The notes: generated by a model not told the origin, from the sequence alone. A stretch of DNA of 64,000 nt from Candidatus Peribacteria bacterium (GCA_041691135.1 JBEPVF010000008.1:8529-72528); one strand, 5' to 3'; shown: positions 48,102 through 57,831, counted from the first letter of the stretch. Program-made: numbers and translations.

Positions 48102-48386
48102 ATGAAGAGATGGCTCTTTGCTGTGTTCTTCTTGAGCACAGCTGTCTACGCCGGCTACAGAGCGCTCACGGCGTTCCTTGTTGCCGATTGGGCAAAAATG
48201 CTCGTTCTTGGAGGCTTCGCGGCCTGTTCTCTCCTGGCGATGGTTGTCTCTTTCATGGCTATCGGGCAAACGCATCCGCGTGCCCTGGTCGATGAAGCTG
48301 ACGAAGAAGAGCCAGATGACGAAGAAGAGGAAGCAGAAGCCCCAGAGACTGTTGCTTCCGATCAGCCGTCGGCTCCCATTGCGTGA
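48102..48386 (+). CDS. Hypothetical membrane protein with acidic tail
   Basis: Two TM segments followed by an E/D-rich C-terminus. Confidence 0.55.
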   Translation: MKRWLFAVFFLSTAVYAGYRALTAFLVADWAKMLVLGGFAACSLLAMVVSFMAIGQTHPRALVDEADEEEPDDEEEEAEAPETVASDQPSAPIA

Positions 48387-48426
48387 GCTAACGTCCGGTC
48401 ACCCCGGCGGACAATGTCCGCCGGTT

Positions 48427-49662
48427 TTATTCATACACCGACCAATTCAAAGCCGGCTTTGTCCCACTGGATATTTGTAATGCCGATCCACGGGTGATGG
48501 CCTGGCGTCCATAGCGCTCGTGGAGTTCATCGAGCGACTTCTGCAGTGCCTCGCGTTCGATGGCTTTCTGTGGGTCTTCGAATAGGGAGAACTGCTGGCC
48601 GCCGCAGACGCGTAGGTTCCAGAGGGCCAGTCCCACTTGGGTGTACGCATAGTTTTGTTCGTAGAGGCGTCGGAAGCAGCGCTCCACGTAGGGTCGGACG
48701 TGGTCCTCGGTATTGAACAGTTGGGGTAGAGAGGCATGGGCGCTTTCGTAGAGATACTTATTGTCGCGCAGCCACACGGTGATGCCGCGACAGGCCAGAT
48801 CGTGTCGGCGCATCTTGAGGACGGTGTATTCCAGGTGACGCAGAGTGTGGGCCCAGAGGAGCATTTTGTCTTTGAGCGGTGCGAAGCTGCGGGCGCGCGA
48901 GACGGATTTAGGCGGCGCGTGGGTACGGGCAACAGGGGACAAGAGTTCACCCTGCAGCTCTCGCTGCATCTCTATTCCGCTCTTACCGAATTGCTGCTTC
49001 AGGAGGCCCGGATTCGCTGTCGCAATATCCCAGGCCGTGTGCCAGCCCAGTCGTTGGGTGTGCACTTGTCTCCGTGGTCCGATGCCGGGGATGGCCGCCG
49101 CAGGACGGTCTTCCAGGAATGCCCTCACCCCTAGCCCCTCTCCCTCCACGCCTATGCCTTCTGGGAGAGGGGAATTTAAGACGACAGTCACACCACCGGG
49201 CTTGCGGTACTCGCTGGCCATCTTGGCGAGCAGCTTGGAGGAGCCGATGCCGACGGACACCGAGAGGCCGGTGCGCAGCAGAACTTCTTGCCGGACGTTC
49301 GTCCCCCATGTGCTCAGGTTTGGAGGAACGCCGCCCATGATGCTGGGCAGATCGAGAAACCATTCGTCGATGGAGAACTGCTCGAAGAATGGACAGTGCT
49401 CTTCCAGGATCGTTTCAAGTTGATTCGATGCGACGCCGGTTTCGCGGAAGTCGGAATGGACTTTCAATGCCTCCGGACACAGCTTGATGGCATCAACCAG
49501 ACGCATGCCCGTCCGTACACCTTTAGCTTTCGCTTCGTAACTGGCGGCGATCACACAGCCACCACCCATGCCGAGTGCCAGCAGCGGTTTTCCGCGCAGC
49601 CGGGGATCTTTTCGGACAAGAACCGATGCAAAAAAAGAGTCCGCATCAACATGGGCAATCAT
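48427..49662 (-). CDS. dinB: Y-family DNA polymerase (DinB/Pol IV-like)
   Basis: HVDADSFFAS, SYEAK, SIDE, KLLAKMAS..KP and IPGIG motifs. Confidence 0.92.
   Translation of the reverse strand: MIAHVDADSFFASVLVRKDPRLRGKPLLALGMGGGCVIAASYEAKAKGVRTGMRLVDAIKLCPEALKVHSDFRETGVASNQLETILEEHCPFFEQFSIDEWFLDLPSIMGGVPPNLSTWGTNVRQEVLLRTGLSVSVGIGSSKLLAKMASEYRKPGGVTVVLNSPLPEGIGVEGEGLGVRAFLEDRPAAAIPGIGPRRQVHTQRLGWHTAWDIATANPGLLKQQFGKSGIEMQRELQGELLSPVARTHAPPKSVSRARSFAPLKDKMLLWAHTLRHLEYTVLKMRRHDLACRGITVWLRDNKYLYESAHASLPQLFNTEDHVRPYVERCFRRLYEQNYAYTQVGLALWNLRVCGGQQFSLFEDPQKAIEREALQKSLDELHERYGRQAITRGSALQISSGTKPALNWSVYE
49122..49172. repeat. REP-like palindrome inserted in frame within dinB
   Basis: ccctcacccctagcccctctccc...gggagagggg encodes SPLPEGIGVEGEGLGVR on the - strand. 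Confidence 0.7.
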
Positions 49663-49706
49663 GGAGTATGTGGGGGAATGATCGATGGTGTACGTCCGAC
49701 TCCGTT

Positions 49707-50309
49707 TTAGTACTTCCGTATAACGCCGCGTACCACTCCTGCCACTTGCAATTCGTCCATGGCATACAGATCGGGATACGCGTCGTTCTCGGCTTGCAGG
49801 TAGTACTTTCCTTTCTCCTTTCTCAGTCTCTTCAGCGTGAACTCGCCATCAAGGACACCGACGACGATATCCTGGACTTTGGGGGTGGCTCCGCGTTCGA
49901 CAATCACCAGATCGCCTTCGTGGATACCGGCGTTGATCATGCTGTCGCCCTTCACACGGAGGAGGAACGTGGAGGCTTTATCGCGGACAAGATAGTTTTC
50001 GAGCGTCACTGTTTCCTCGGCTTGTTCTTCGACAGGCGCCGCAAAACCGGCGGAAATCGGACCGAAGAGAGGGAGAGAGAACGGCATATACGCCGCTTCG
50101 TCGGCACGCTCCAGGATTTTGATGCGTCCCTTGGGATCTTTATCCAGATGCCCATCACGGGTCAGTACATTCACCACTTTGGCGATGGCATTCTTACTAC
50201 GTACACCGAAGGCAATCGCCAGATCGGCGAGCGAAGGGGAGTACCCTTTCTTCAGTTGGAATTCACGAATGTAGCTCAGGACCGTTCGTTGATGAGGGGT
50301 GAGGGACAT
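49707..50309 (-). CDS. lexA: LexA repressor (wHTH + S24)
   Basis: GYSPSLADLA, ISAGF cleavage site, GDSM serine and TLKRL lysine. Confidence 0.88.
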   Translation of the reverse strand: MSLTPHQRTVLSYIREFQLKKGYSPSLADLAIAFGVRSKNAIAKVVNVLTRDGHLDKDPKGRIKILERADEAAYMPFSLPLFGPISAGFAAPVEEQAEETVTLENYLVRDKASTFLLRVKGDSMINAGIHEGDLVIVERGATPKVQDIVVGVLDGEFTLKRLRKEKGKYYLQAENDAYPDLYAMDELQVAGVVRGVIRKY

Positions 50310-50328
50310 CGGTGAGAGGGGGAACAAT

Positions 50329-50365
50329 CGTCCACCAGTGTAGGTGGACGGGTGTACACTGTCAA
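50329..50365 (-). promoter_or_regulatory. lexA-dinB promoter with overlapping palindromic operator
   Basis: - strand TTGACA-17-TACACT. Palindrome CGTCCACC-N6-GGTGGACG (50329-50350) straddles the -10. Confidence 0.7.
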
Positions 50366-50376
50366 ACAGAAATGAG

Positions 50377-50495
50377 GTGACCGAAGAAGCAGAGGTGACC
50401 GATGTGGCAGACGATTGGGATGCAGAAGATAGAAGAGAAACTTTCCTCGTAATCCTTTCCTCGGTTACCTTTGTCGCCTCGGTCACATCGGTCAC
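50377..50495. repeat. Inverted pair of 9-bp-period arrays
   Basis: gtgaccgaa gaagcagag gtgaccgat gtggcagac ... ctcggttac ctttgtcgc ctcggtcac atcggtcac. Confidence 0.7.
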
Positions 50496-50497
50496 CT

Positions 50498-51412
50498 TCA
50501 AATGTCCTCCCCATCAATAATATGTAAATCCTTCTGTTTGTTGAGTTCCAAGAACGCCAGTGTCCACACTGTGCGACGGAAGACGTGGAGGTAGGCGAAG
50601 AAGTAGCTGGCGACGAGGATCAGGACCATACCGAGGAGGCCGGCGATGATGTACGTGACGAGTGGCGAGAGGAAGTGCAGCAGGACGACACCGACGCCGA
50701 TCACAACGCCAGGAATGACGAGGACAATAATCGCATTGATGAAGACGCGGATGGAGATGATGAACAGCAGGAGCATCAGGAAGACGATATGTCCCAGATG
50801 GCTGATGAGGAGACGAAAGCTCCGTCCGATCGAGGCGAAGATGCCCATTTGGCGGATCACGATGCCCTGTTCGGTAAAGCTGGCCATGAATTTGAGCAGA
50901 TTCGAGAGCAACCAAAAGGCGACGATGATGCCGACCATGAAGTACTTGATGCTCCCTTGTGTATAGCGCAACACGACGGAACACAGAGTGAGAGCCGTGG
51001 ACCAGCTAGCTAGTACAAAGAATTCATGGGAGGCGAAGATAGGCAGGAAATTGTGCACGGCCAGAATAAGGCCGCCGCGTACCGGCTCACCTTTGTGCGA
51101 TTTAGCGGCCAGGCCGATGATGGCGCCGGCAGCCAGATGCGGGAAGATAAGTTCGACGAGCAACAGCAGGCTGAAGCTGATCAGGATCGTCAGAAAAAAC
51201 CAGAAGGGTACGTTGCTGTAGAGCCAGTCAAAATCATCGAAGAAGCCGACTTTCTTTTCGGTGATATAGGCAAAGAGGAAGTAGGCCTGGTAGCCCAGAA
51301 GTTTGATATCGAGGAACGTTTCGAAGAATGCCGCGGCGAACCCCCAGCGGCGCAGGGATTTTTCGTGGTTGGTAATCTTCCACGCTTCGGCAATAAGCTC
51401 ACGGGGAGTCAT
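50498..51412 (-). CDS. Polytopic membrane protein (hypothetical)
   Basis: About 6-7 TM segments; AWK at the N-terminus and WTLAF at the C-terminus. Confidence 0.7.
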   Translation of the reverse strand: MTPRELIAEAWKITNHEKSLRRWGFAAAFFETFLDIKLLGYQAYFLFAYITEKKVGFFDDFDWLYSNVPFWFFLTILISFSLLLLVELIFPHLAAGAIIGLAAKSHKGEPVRGGLILAVHNFLPIFASHEFFVLASWSTALTLCSVVLRYTQGSIKYFMVGIIVAFWLLSNLLKFMASFTEQGIVIRQMGIFASIGRSFRLLISHLGHIVFLMLLLFIISIRVFINAIIVLVIPGVVIGVGVVLLHFLSPLVTYIIAGLLGMVLILVASYFFAYLHVFRRTVWTLAFLELNKQKDLHIIDGEDI

Positions 51413-51497
51413 GTGAAGTTATGCTAGCAGGAATGAAGAGGTAGGCGAAAAAGTTGCAGAAGGAGGAAACCGATGTAACCGAAGAAACCGAGGAGAT

Positions 51498-53096
51498 TTA
51501 ATTGTTTTTTGGTGAAGCAGATGAAGCAGATAAGGTTGATTCTTCCCGCAAGAGGGCTGGCAGCGACTTATACTGGTAGTCTTTTCCCAGCAGAATGGTG
51601 ATCATACCGAGGCCGCTCTGGTCGAGTTCGGGTGGGGCGGGAGCGATGGGGATGTGGAGCATGGTACTGAGAGCCGGGGCGAGCGTTTCGCCGGTGCCGG
51701 TGCGGGCGATGATGATCGAGTGGTCCTGGTCAGGCAGTTTGCTGTTTTCGATCTTGTTCAGGTCGAAGTCGAAGCGGAGCAGATCGCCAGCCAGGGTGCG
51801 GGCAAGGCCGCTCTGCGCACCGGCGTTGAGGACGTCAATGGGCGGATGCTGCAGTAGAAGGTCGCGTGATGTGAGGAAGAATTGAGTGAAGATCCGGAGC
51901 GGTTCCCAAGTCCCGAAGCCGGCATGCGGAAGCGGCAGCAAGACGAAAGCACCGCTGAAGTCTTCCTTGGGTGGTATGTACAGGAAGCCGCCTGCCTCGG
52001 ACGGGCCGTCGGCCTGGCCGCTGATATCGTTGATCTGAACCGATACCACGTTGTGCCGGTCGATCTCGGTACCCAGTTTGGCGACGCCCACCAGTTCTCG
52101 CAGGCCGAGTGTGCTCTCGGCATGCTGGCTCACCGTATTCCACAGCGACAGGATGGTGGAGGGACTCGACAGAATGCCCTTCTCCTTCGCACGCTGGGCC
52201 AGTGCAGTGATGATCTGCTGCTGACGGGCTGAACGGCTGAAGTCGCTGGTGGAGTGGCGGCTGCGCGCGTATTTGAGCGCCGTTTCGCCATCCAGATGAT
52301 GCGGCCCGGCGTCGATGGCAAAGGTGACGTAGCTGTAATCCGGTCCGGGGTAGAGGGTATCGACCAGAGGCGAGGGCACGTCGACATCAACCCCGCCCAG
52401 CGCATCCACGACTTGGACGAAGCCGATGAAGTCGACACGTATCACACCATGGATCTGCACGCCGAACGTCTTGCCGATCTCGCGCGCCAGTTCCTTCATC
52501 GATTCCTGCGACGCCTCCGATTCGGACATGCCTTGTTTCCTCAAATAGCCTTTGTAATCGCGGTACAGGCTGTTTACCCGGCCGACGCCCATTTTGTCGG
52601 TTTTCGTGAAGTATAAGTCACGGGGAATTGAAATCATCGCCACGCTCTTTGTCTTGGTCGCATCGATGCTGGCGATCATCAGTGTGTCGGTCAGATCCAC
52701 TCCTTCGTGCGATGCGTCGCCCTGACCCAGCAGCAAGAAGTTCGTGTAGCCATGTTCATCTGTCGGCAGGTCTGATGCAACCGTATTGATGACACTGCTG
52801 AGCGTGATGATTTTGTAGTGAAACAGCGCCTTGGCCACGCCGGCCAGCAGGAAGAGCGCCAGCAAGACGGATACGAGAATGACCAGAATACGTTTGAGGA
52901 TTGATACGCGATGCTCATGCTGCTTCTCGATAGCTTTTTCCTGCCTATGCCGGCGGAACCACGCAATGAGCGGGTAGCCGAACTGAAGCACGAACAGTGT
53001 GCATTTTTGCCACGGGAATTTCTTGCGAGCGGGCTTGCTGCCACTCACAGGGCGCGTCGTAAAAGACATTGCGTGGAGTGTAGGGGATTGAGGCAT
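51498..53096 (-). CDS. LCP (LytR-CpsA-Psr) family protein with LytR_C domain
   Basis: LTDTLMIA, SIPRD, ALKYARSRH, SDFSRSARQQ and VLNAG..GLA motifs. Confidence 0.92.
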   Translation of the reverse strand: MPQSPTLHAMSFTTRPVSGSKPARKKFPWQKCTLFVLQFGYPLIAWFRRHRQEKAIEKQHEHRVSILKRILVILVSVLLALFLLAGVAKALFHYKIITLSSVINTVASDLPTDEHGYTNFLLLGQGDASHEGVDLTDTLMIASIDATKTKSVAMISIPRDLYFTKTDKMGVGRVNSLYRDYKGYLRKQGMSESEASQESMKELAREIGKTFGVQIHGVIRVDFIGFVQVVDALGGVDVDVPSPLVDTLYPGPDYSYVTFAIDAGPHHLDGETALKYARSRHSTSDFSRSARQQQIITALAQRAKEKGILSSPSTILSLWNTVSQHAESTLGLRELVGVAKLGTEIDRHNVVSVQINDISGQADGPSEAGGFLYIPPKEDFSGAFVLLPLPHAGFGTWEPLRIFTQFFLTSRDLLLQHPPIDVLNAGAQSGLARTLAGDLLRFDFDLNKIENSKLPDQDHSIIIARTGTGETLAPALSTMLHIPIAPAPPELDQSGLGMITILLGKDYQYKSLPALLREESTLSASSASPKNN

Positions 53097-53252
53097 TTGG
53101 CGAAAGAAGTCAGTCGGATTTCCGATTGATTTTGTCGGGCTTTTGGATGCTCAAAACACTGTGCAAGAAATGTGTTCTATATCCCCGAATCTTCAGCAGA
53201 ATCCGATCTGAAAAATTGATGGATACAAGAGACTGTTTTGATCCTGTCGATT

Positions 53253-53963
53253 TTATCCAAGGATTATCTTCAGCAGAGCGAATATCATCGGCTGATGCAC
53301 CAGATAAATGATCAGGGAATGTTTACCCGGCCACGATAGCTTCTCCAGCGCCGGACTGCTGATAGTCCAATGCCAATGCAATCGTGTATAGATGACGTAT
53401 CCAGCCACATAGCCTAGGAGCACCGTTCCAAACCACGGAAACAGCGGAAAGTAATCGAGTGAATCGAAGACAGTGGGAAAGATCGGCAGAAGCAGGTGCG
53501 GCAAATCCCAGTCATTCGACAGCCAGCCGGTTAGAAATACGAGCGCAATCACTGCATTCCATTCTTTGAATTTGGCGAACAGCGGGAGCAGCAAAATACT
53601 GACGCCGATCAGGTGGAGGACGCCGAAGCGAATGAAGGTCGCGGGATCCATCACATAGGTGACAATACTGATGACCATTCCCCAGCCGAGAAGCATCAGA
53701 CCGCGTCGCAGATACTTGTTGTAGCAAGGGGTGTGACTCCATGACACGGCGAAGCTTGCACCGACTACGAAGAGGAATAGATGGGCGGTTACGCGTTCGA
53801 AGATCCGCCAGGCGCCCACGGCGGTATCGATGTTCCAGTGGTAGAAGTACTGCAAATCGAAGGCCAGATGAAAGATCACCATCATGACGATGGCGATGGT
53901 TCGTGCGAGATCGAGCTCGAGATGTCGGATGGCTGGCACGGTCCTAGTGTATGCGTAATTCAA
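53253..53963 (-). CDS. DUF1624 / heparan-alpha-glucosaminide N-acetyltransferase-like membrane protein
   Basis: ELDLARTIAIVMMVIFH, FGVLHLIG, DYFPLFPW and SLIIYLVHQP motifs. Confidence 0.85.
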   Translation of the reverse strand: MNYAYTRTVPAIRHLELDLARTIAIVMMVIFHLAFDLQYFYHWNIDTAVGAWRIFERVTAHLFLFVVGASFAVSWSHTPCYNKYLRRGLMLLGWGMVISIVTYVMDPATFIRFGVLHLIGVSILLLPLFAKFKEWNAVIALVFLTGWLSNDWDLPHLLLPIFPTVFDSLDYFPLFPWFGTVLLGYVAGYVIYTRLHWHWTISSPALEKLSWPGKHSLIIYLVHQPMIFALLKIILG

Positions 53964-53989
53964 AAAAAATCCCCCGAAGGGGATTTTTT
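53962..53989. terminator. Intrinsic terminator
   Basis: aaaaaaaatcccc-cgaa-ggggatttttt. Confidence 0.75.
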
Positions 53990-54012
53990 AAGAAATCGCG
54001 GTGAAGCTATCC

Positions 54013-54294
54013 TTATGCAGCGCGCTCTGCGGCGAAACAATCCTTGCAGAGAACCGGCTTGCCACCCTCCTCGACGGAGCGGGGCTTGAACGGAACCTGG
54101 CACTGATTGCCACACTTGGCGCACACGGCGTCGAACATCTGGCGGTCGCCAAAACGCTGCGACTTGCGTGCATTGCGGCAGTCCTTGCAGCGCTGTGGGG
54201 CGCTGAGGTTCTTGCTCGCGTAGAATTCCTGTTCACCTTCGGTGAACGTGAAGTTTTGACCGCAATCGCGGCACTGTAGCTGCTGATCAGCCAT
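54013..54294 (-). CDS. Zinc-ribbon CxxC-x17-CxxC domain protein
   Basis: CRDCG..FTFTEGEQEFY, PQRCKDC and CAKCG..VPFKP..PVLCKDC motifs. Confidence 0.88.
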   Translation of the reverse strand: MADQQLQCRDCGQNFTFTEGEQEFYASKNLSAPQRCKDCRNARKSQRFGDRQMFDAVCAKCGNQCQVPFKPRSVEEGGKPVLCKDCFAAERAA

Positions 54295-54447
54295 AAAACA
54301 GAAAGAAAGAAAATAATACAGCTGTTTTCCTTCTTCCATGTTTCTCGGTGACCGATATGACCTGTCTGAAGGACTAGCTTAGGGTAATTGTACAGGAAGG
54401 GCCGATTGTGTCAATGAATTCTGACATTTTCCCCCTTTCGCAAATCA

Positions 54448-55689
54448 TCAGCGTGTTGCATCAATTGTCGCTCCGCCTTCGGCATATGGGGCGCTGACAG
54501 TAATTCTGCCGTTCTCTTTGTTCAGTATGATGCGGTAGTGTGTGTGGCCAGCCGGGGCTTGCGGGTCCTGTGGGATTGCAATCAAATACGTGCCATTGTC
54601 AGTCAGGGTACGCAAATCGACGCAATCTTTAACCGAATTGCTTGTTTTCTGAGTAGTCGATGGGCAGATCTCCTGGGCGGTCAGTGTGGGGATAGTTCCG
54701 GGAAGAACACCATTATTATCAATTCCATATTGATACACCGCATTCAGAATGGTGAACACATCGGCTTTGCGCTGTGTATTGCGGGCATCGCTCAGTTGGG
54801 CCAACGGCGATGGCGGCATCAGGGAGGGGAGGGATGGCAGGCCCAGATCAGTGCCGAACGTGCTGCCAAATTCCTCGATGGTTATGGCATCGGCCGTAGC
54901 GGTGACGGAGGGCGGTGCGGCCTTGGTAGCATTTATCACGATCGAGCCGTACGTGGTTCCTTGCTGGATCAAAAGGTACAATTTGGCACTCACCAATGCG
55001 TTATGACTGTCGGTCTCCACTTTCAACGATACGTCGCCGTCGGTTAATTGCGCTTTTCGTGCAGCGATGCGTTTGTCCTTGGCCGAGGCGAACTCATTCG
55101 TCATCGCGTCCGATGAGCTGCTGAGAGATTGCAGGAATTCAGCGCGCGCTTCGGGTTTGAGTGTCAGCTTGTAGATATGGCCATTTCCGGTGACGGTATC
55201 TTCGATGTTGAAGCGGTCATCAAAGCCGGACAGACCTTGCCGTATCTCATCCAGAGGCGAGGATGTCACTTCCTGATTGAGCGGCGTCGTAATCCACTTC
55301 TTCTGCAAGAGTGAAAATTTGCTCAGCAGGGCGGCGTTTTCGTAGCTTCCATCCAGAGAGGTGAGACGAAAAAATCCATTGGTGCCATCCGACAGTGCAT
55401 CGAGTTTGATGCGGAGATTGAGTGCATTCTGCGCCTTGAGGTCGACAGTTGTTTTCCATGTCCCTTTGCCGGTTGTGCCATCCTGCCAGTTCACTTCCTG
55501 CGTTCCATTGACCCACGCCGCCAAATAACTTCCCTTGGTTGTATCTCCGGCATGCGCCTCGATGGAGACGGTAAGCGTTGGTGGAAGATTCGTCAGGACA
55601 GCCATCACATCACTGGGGGTTGCGGCATTGGCGATAGCGGGCAGTAAAAGGCTGCCGACCAGACAGAGCGCGAAATGGCGTTGCGTCAT
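54448..55689 (-). CDS. Secreted protein with C-terminal pilin/pseudopilin-like domain
   Basis: Signal peptide; C-terminal ARNTQRKADVFTILNAVYQY..DNNG.LP...YLIAIPQDP. Confidence 0.6.
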   Translation of the reverse strand: MTQRHFALCLVGSLLLPAIANAATPSDVMAVLTNLPPTLTVSIEAHAGDTTKGSYLAAWVNGTQEVNWQDGTTGKGTWKTTVDLKAQNALNLRIKLDALSDGTNGFFRLTSLDGSYENAALLSKFSLLQKKWITTPLNQEVTSSPLDEIRQGLSGFDDRFNIEDTVTGNGHIYKLTLKPEARAEFLQSLSSSSDAMTNEFASAKDKRIAARKAQLTDGDVSLKVETDSHNALVSAKLYLLIQQGTTYGSIVINATKAAPPSVTATADAITIEEFGSTFGTDLGLPSLPSLMPPSPLAQLSDARNTQRKADVFTILNAVYQYGIDNNGVLPGTIPTLTAQEICPSTTQKTSNSVKDCVDLRTLTDNGTYLIAIPQDPQAPAGHTHYRIILNKENGRITVSAPYAEGGATIDATR

Positions 55690-55809
55690 GAAGAAAAGGG
55701 GAAGTGCGTCCAGCGTAGCAGAGAGTGTGGCGGTGGTCATATGCTCTGGAAAATCGGTAATAATCGGCCGAAACATGCGTCACTACTGAGGCATTTTCCT
55801 CCGCTTCCC

Positions 55810-55959
55810 ATGTACCAATACTTTTCGCACCTCGCTGCCCTCGGTCCGGTCCGCTATCGCTATCTTGCCCGTCTGCAATCCAAGCGTCGCCTCGTTCCCT
55901 CCAAACTGAAGCAGGAGGAAGACGTGATGGAGGAGACGGATGAGGAGATAGTTCTTTAG
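55810..55959 (+). CDS. Possible small hypothetical protein
   Basis: 49-aa ORF after a pyrimidine-rich leader. Confidence 0.3.
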   Translation: MYQYFSHLAALGPVRYRYLARLQSKRRLVPSKLKQEEDVMEETDEEIVL

Positions 55960-55963
55960 AAAG

Positions 55964-56083
55964 GTGACCGATGTGACCGAAGAAACAGAGGTGGCAGAGG
56001 AGTGCGAGTATGAGGATTCATCCTCTTTGTTTCTTCTGCATCCTATCCTCTGTCACATCGGTCACCTCTGATACCTCAGTTTC
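55964..56083. repeat. Inverted pair of 9-bp-period arrays
   Basis: gtgaccgat gtgaccgaa gaaacagag gtggcagag ... ctctgtcac atcggtcac ctctgatac ctcagtttc. Confidence 0.7.
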
Positions 56084-56135
56084 CTCAAAAAAATACCCCA
56101 CCATCCGGCAGGGTATTCTTTTATCTACAGTAGAC

Positions 56136-56540
56136 TTATTTGAGGGTCACCTTTGCGCCAGCCTCTTCGAGCTTCTTCTTCATTGTCTCGGCATCGGCCT
56201 TGGGCACTGCTTCTTTGACGATCTTCGGTGCGCCATCGACCATCGCCTTGGCATCGCCGAGGGCGAGGCCGGTGATTTCGCGGATCACCTTGATAACGGC
56301 GATCTTCTGGGCACCAGAGTCGGTCAGTTCGACGTTGTACTGGTTCTTCTCTTCGACTGCAGCGGCATCACCGCCAGCGGCGGGAGCGGCAGCCATGGCG
56401 GCAGGAGCAGCGGCGGAAATGCCGTATTCCTGTTCCATGAATTTTACGACGTTGTTGAGCTGAATCACGTTCAGCTTCTCGAGAGCGGAGATCACTGCTT
56501 TCTCGTCGGAGGAAAGCTCGACCGTTGCGGCATCAGCCAT
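56136..56540 (-). CDS. rplL: 50S ribosomal protein L7/L12
   Basis: KIAVIKVIREITGLALGDAK and KKLEEAGAKV motifs. Confidence 0.96.
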   Translation of the reverse strand: MADAATVELSSDEKAVISALEKLNVIQLNNVVKFMEQEYGISAAAPAAMAAAPAAGGDAAAVEEKNQYNVELTDSGAQKIAVIKVIREITGLALGDAKAMVDGAPKIVKEAVPKADAETMKKKLEEAGAKVTLK

Positions 56541-56586
56541 GGGAGTAAGGGGAAAAGAAGTGAGAATGGATAATGGACAATTAGAA

Positions 56587-57357
56587 CTACGCAGCAGCAG
56601 AACCTTCAGGTGCAGCTTCGGCGTCGGTTTCGGTGAGAGCGTGGCTCTCTTCTTTCAAGTCCTCAGCGAGGACGACTTCGGTGCGGCCGCCGGTTGAAGG
56701 ATCAACGGGGTCTCCGGTTGCATCGCGTTGGATGGCGTTCACGTTGGCAATCGATTCATCGGCAGCAGAGGTAGTTGGGGCAGCAGGGGATTCAGCGGCT
56801 GCAGGAGCAGCGGGTGCTGCGGCCTCCGGGTTGGCGCCACCTTTTTTCTCGAGCTCTTTGAGTGCGCGGGCAAAACCCGTGAGCGGGTTATTGCACATCG
56901 AGGCGAACTTCGTCAGCGGCGAGCGGATCATACCGGCGAAGATGGCCAGCAAGACCTGACGTGACGGGATCGTAGCAAGGGCCATAGCTTCCTGCTTGCT
57001 CAGTAACTTGCCTTCGAACATGCCGCCCAAGAATGTGATTTGAGGATGATCTTTGCTGAATTTGAAGGCGACCTGGGCGCCGCTGAGCGGGTCCTGGAAG
57101 CTGAAGATGCAGGCAACCGGTCCATCGAGCTTGTCTTCCTCCATCACCGGTAACGCTGCTTCCTTGGCGGCGATGGCCATGAGCGTCTTCTTGGCGACCT
57201 TCATTTCGGCACCCTGTCCCTTCAGTTTCTTACGCAAATCGGACGCATCAGTCACGGTCATGCCGATGTAATGGGCGAAGATTACCGACGAAGCGGTCTG
57301 AAACTTCTCTTTGAGTTCCTTGAGTTGAACGGCCTTTTGTTCGCGGGAGACTGCCAT
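56587..57357 (-). CDS. rplJ: 50S ribosomal protein L10 with long C-terminal extension
   Basis: MAVSREQK, LRKKL..VAKKTL and LATIPSR motifs. Lies upstream of rplL. Confidence 0.93.
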   Translation of the reverse strand: MAVSREQKAVQLKELKEKFQTASSVIFAHYIGMTVTDASDLRKKLKGQGAEMKVAKKTLMAIAAKEAALPVMEEDKLDGPVACIFSFQDPLSGAQVAFKFSKDHPQITFLGGMFEGKLLSKQEAMALATIPSRQVLLAIFAGMIRSPLTKFASMCNNPLTGFARALKELEKKGGANPEAAAPAAPAAAESPAAPTTSAADESIANVNAIQRDATGDPVDPSTGGRTEVVLAEDLKEESHALTETDAEAAPEGSAAA

Positions 57358-57418
57358 AGAATGCTGGGAAATAGGAGTTAGGACGAAGAATTCTTGAGCA
57401 AAGCCGGATAACAGATAC

Positions 57419-57562
57419 AAAAAACGCTGGCTCCGGATGCCCGGGAGACCAGCGAGGAACACGGCACGAATCACCAAGCCGAAGCCGAGTGGCCGATGCT
57501 GTATTCCTCGGAGGGACTAATTTCGGTCTACGACCTTGTGCCCTCGGTCTTCGGACGTGCGG
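57419..57562 (-). ncRNA. L10 leader (ribosomal protein autoregulatory RNA) with attenuator
   Basis: - strand ccgaagaccgagggc...gtccctccgagg, then hairpin cgctgg...ccagcg-tttttt upstream of rplJ. Confidence 0.65.
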
Positions 57563-57831
57563 GTAGTGTACCAATTATTTTGGACAGGTCAAGGGCGAAA
57601 GGTAAGAAAGTGGCGACGATGACGTCTGGTAGGAGAAGAGCGGTATGAAGAATCAAGATCCAAGAATCAAAAACCAGGGAGATACGAAGCGCGAACCTCG
57701 AAAAAGAGGTTCTGAGTTCGTGTTTCCGATTTCGTGCTTATTTGCTTTCTGGCGCTCGCTTCTTCGTATTTCTCTCCGCTCTTTTCTCGTCGGTAGTTCC
57801 TCTTGGGTGTAGCATACGCATTCCTCTCCTT

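Noticed and set aside
50310-50501. Repetitive N-terminal extension of LexA (VTDVTEATKVTEE)
   Set aside because: It is a translation of the 9-bp intergenic arrays and promoter. The true start is MSLTPHQ at 50309.
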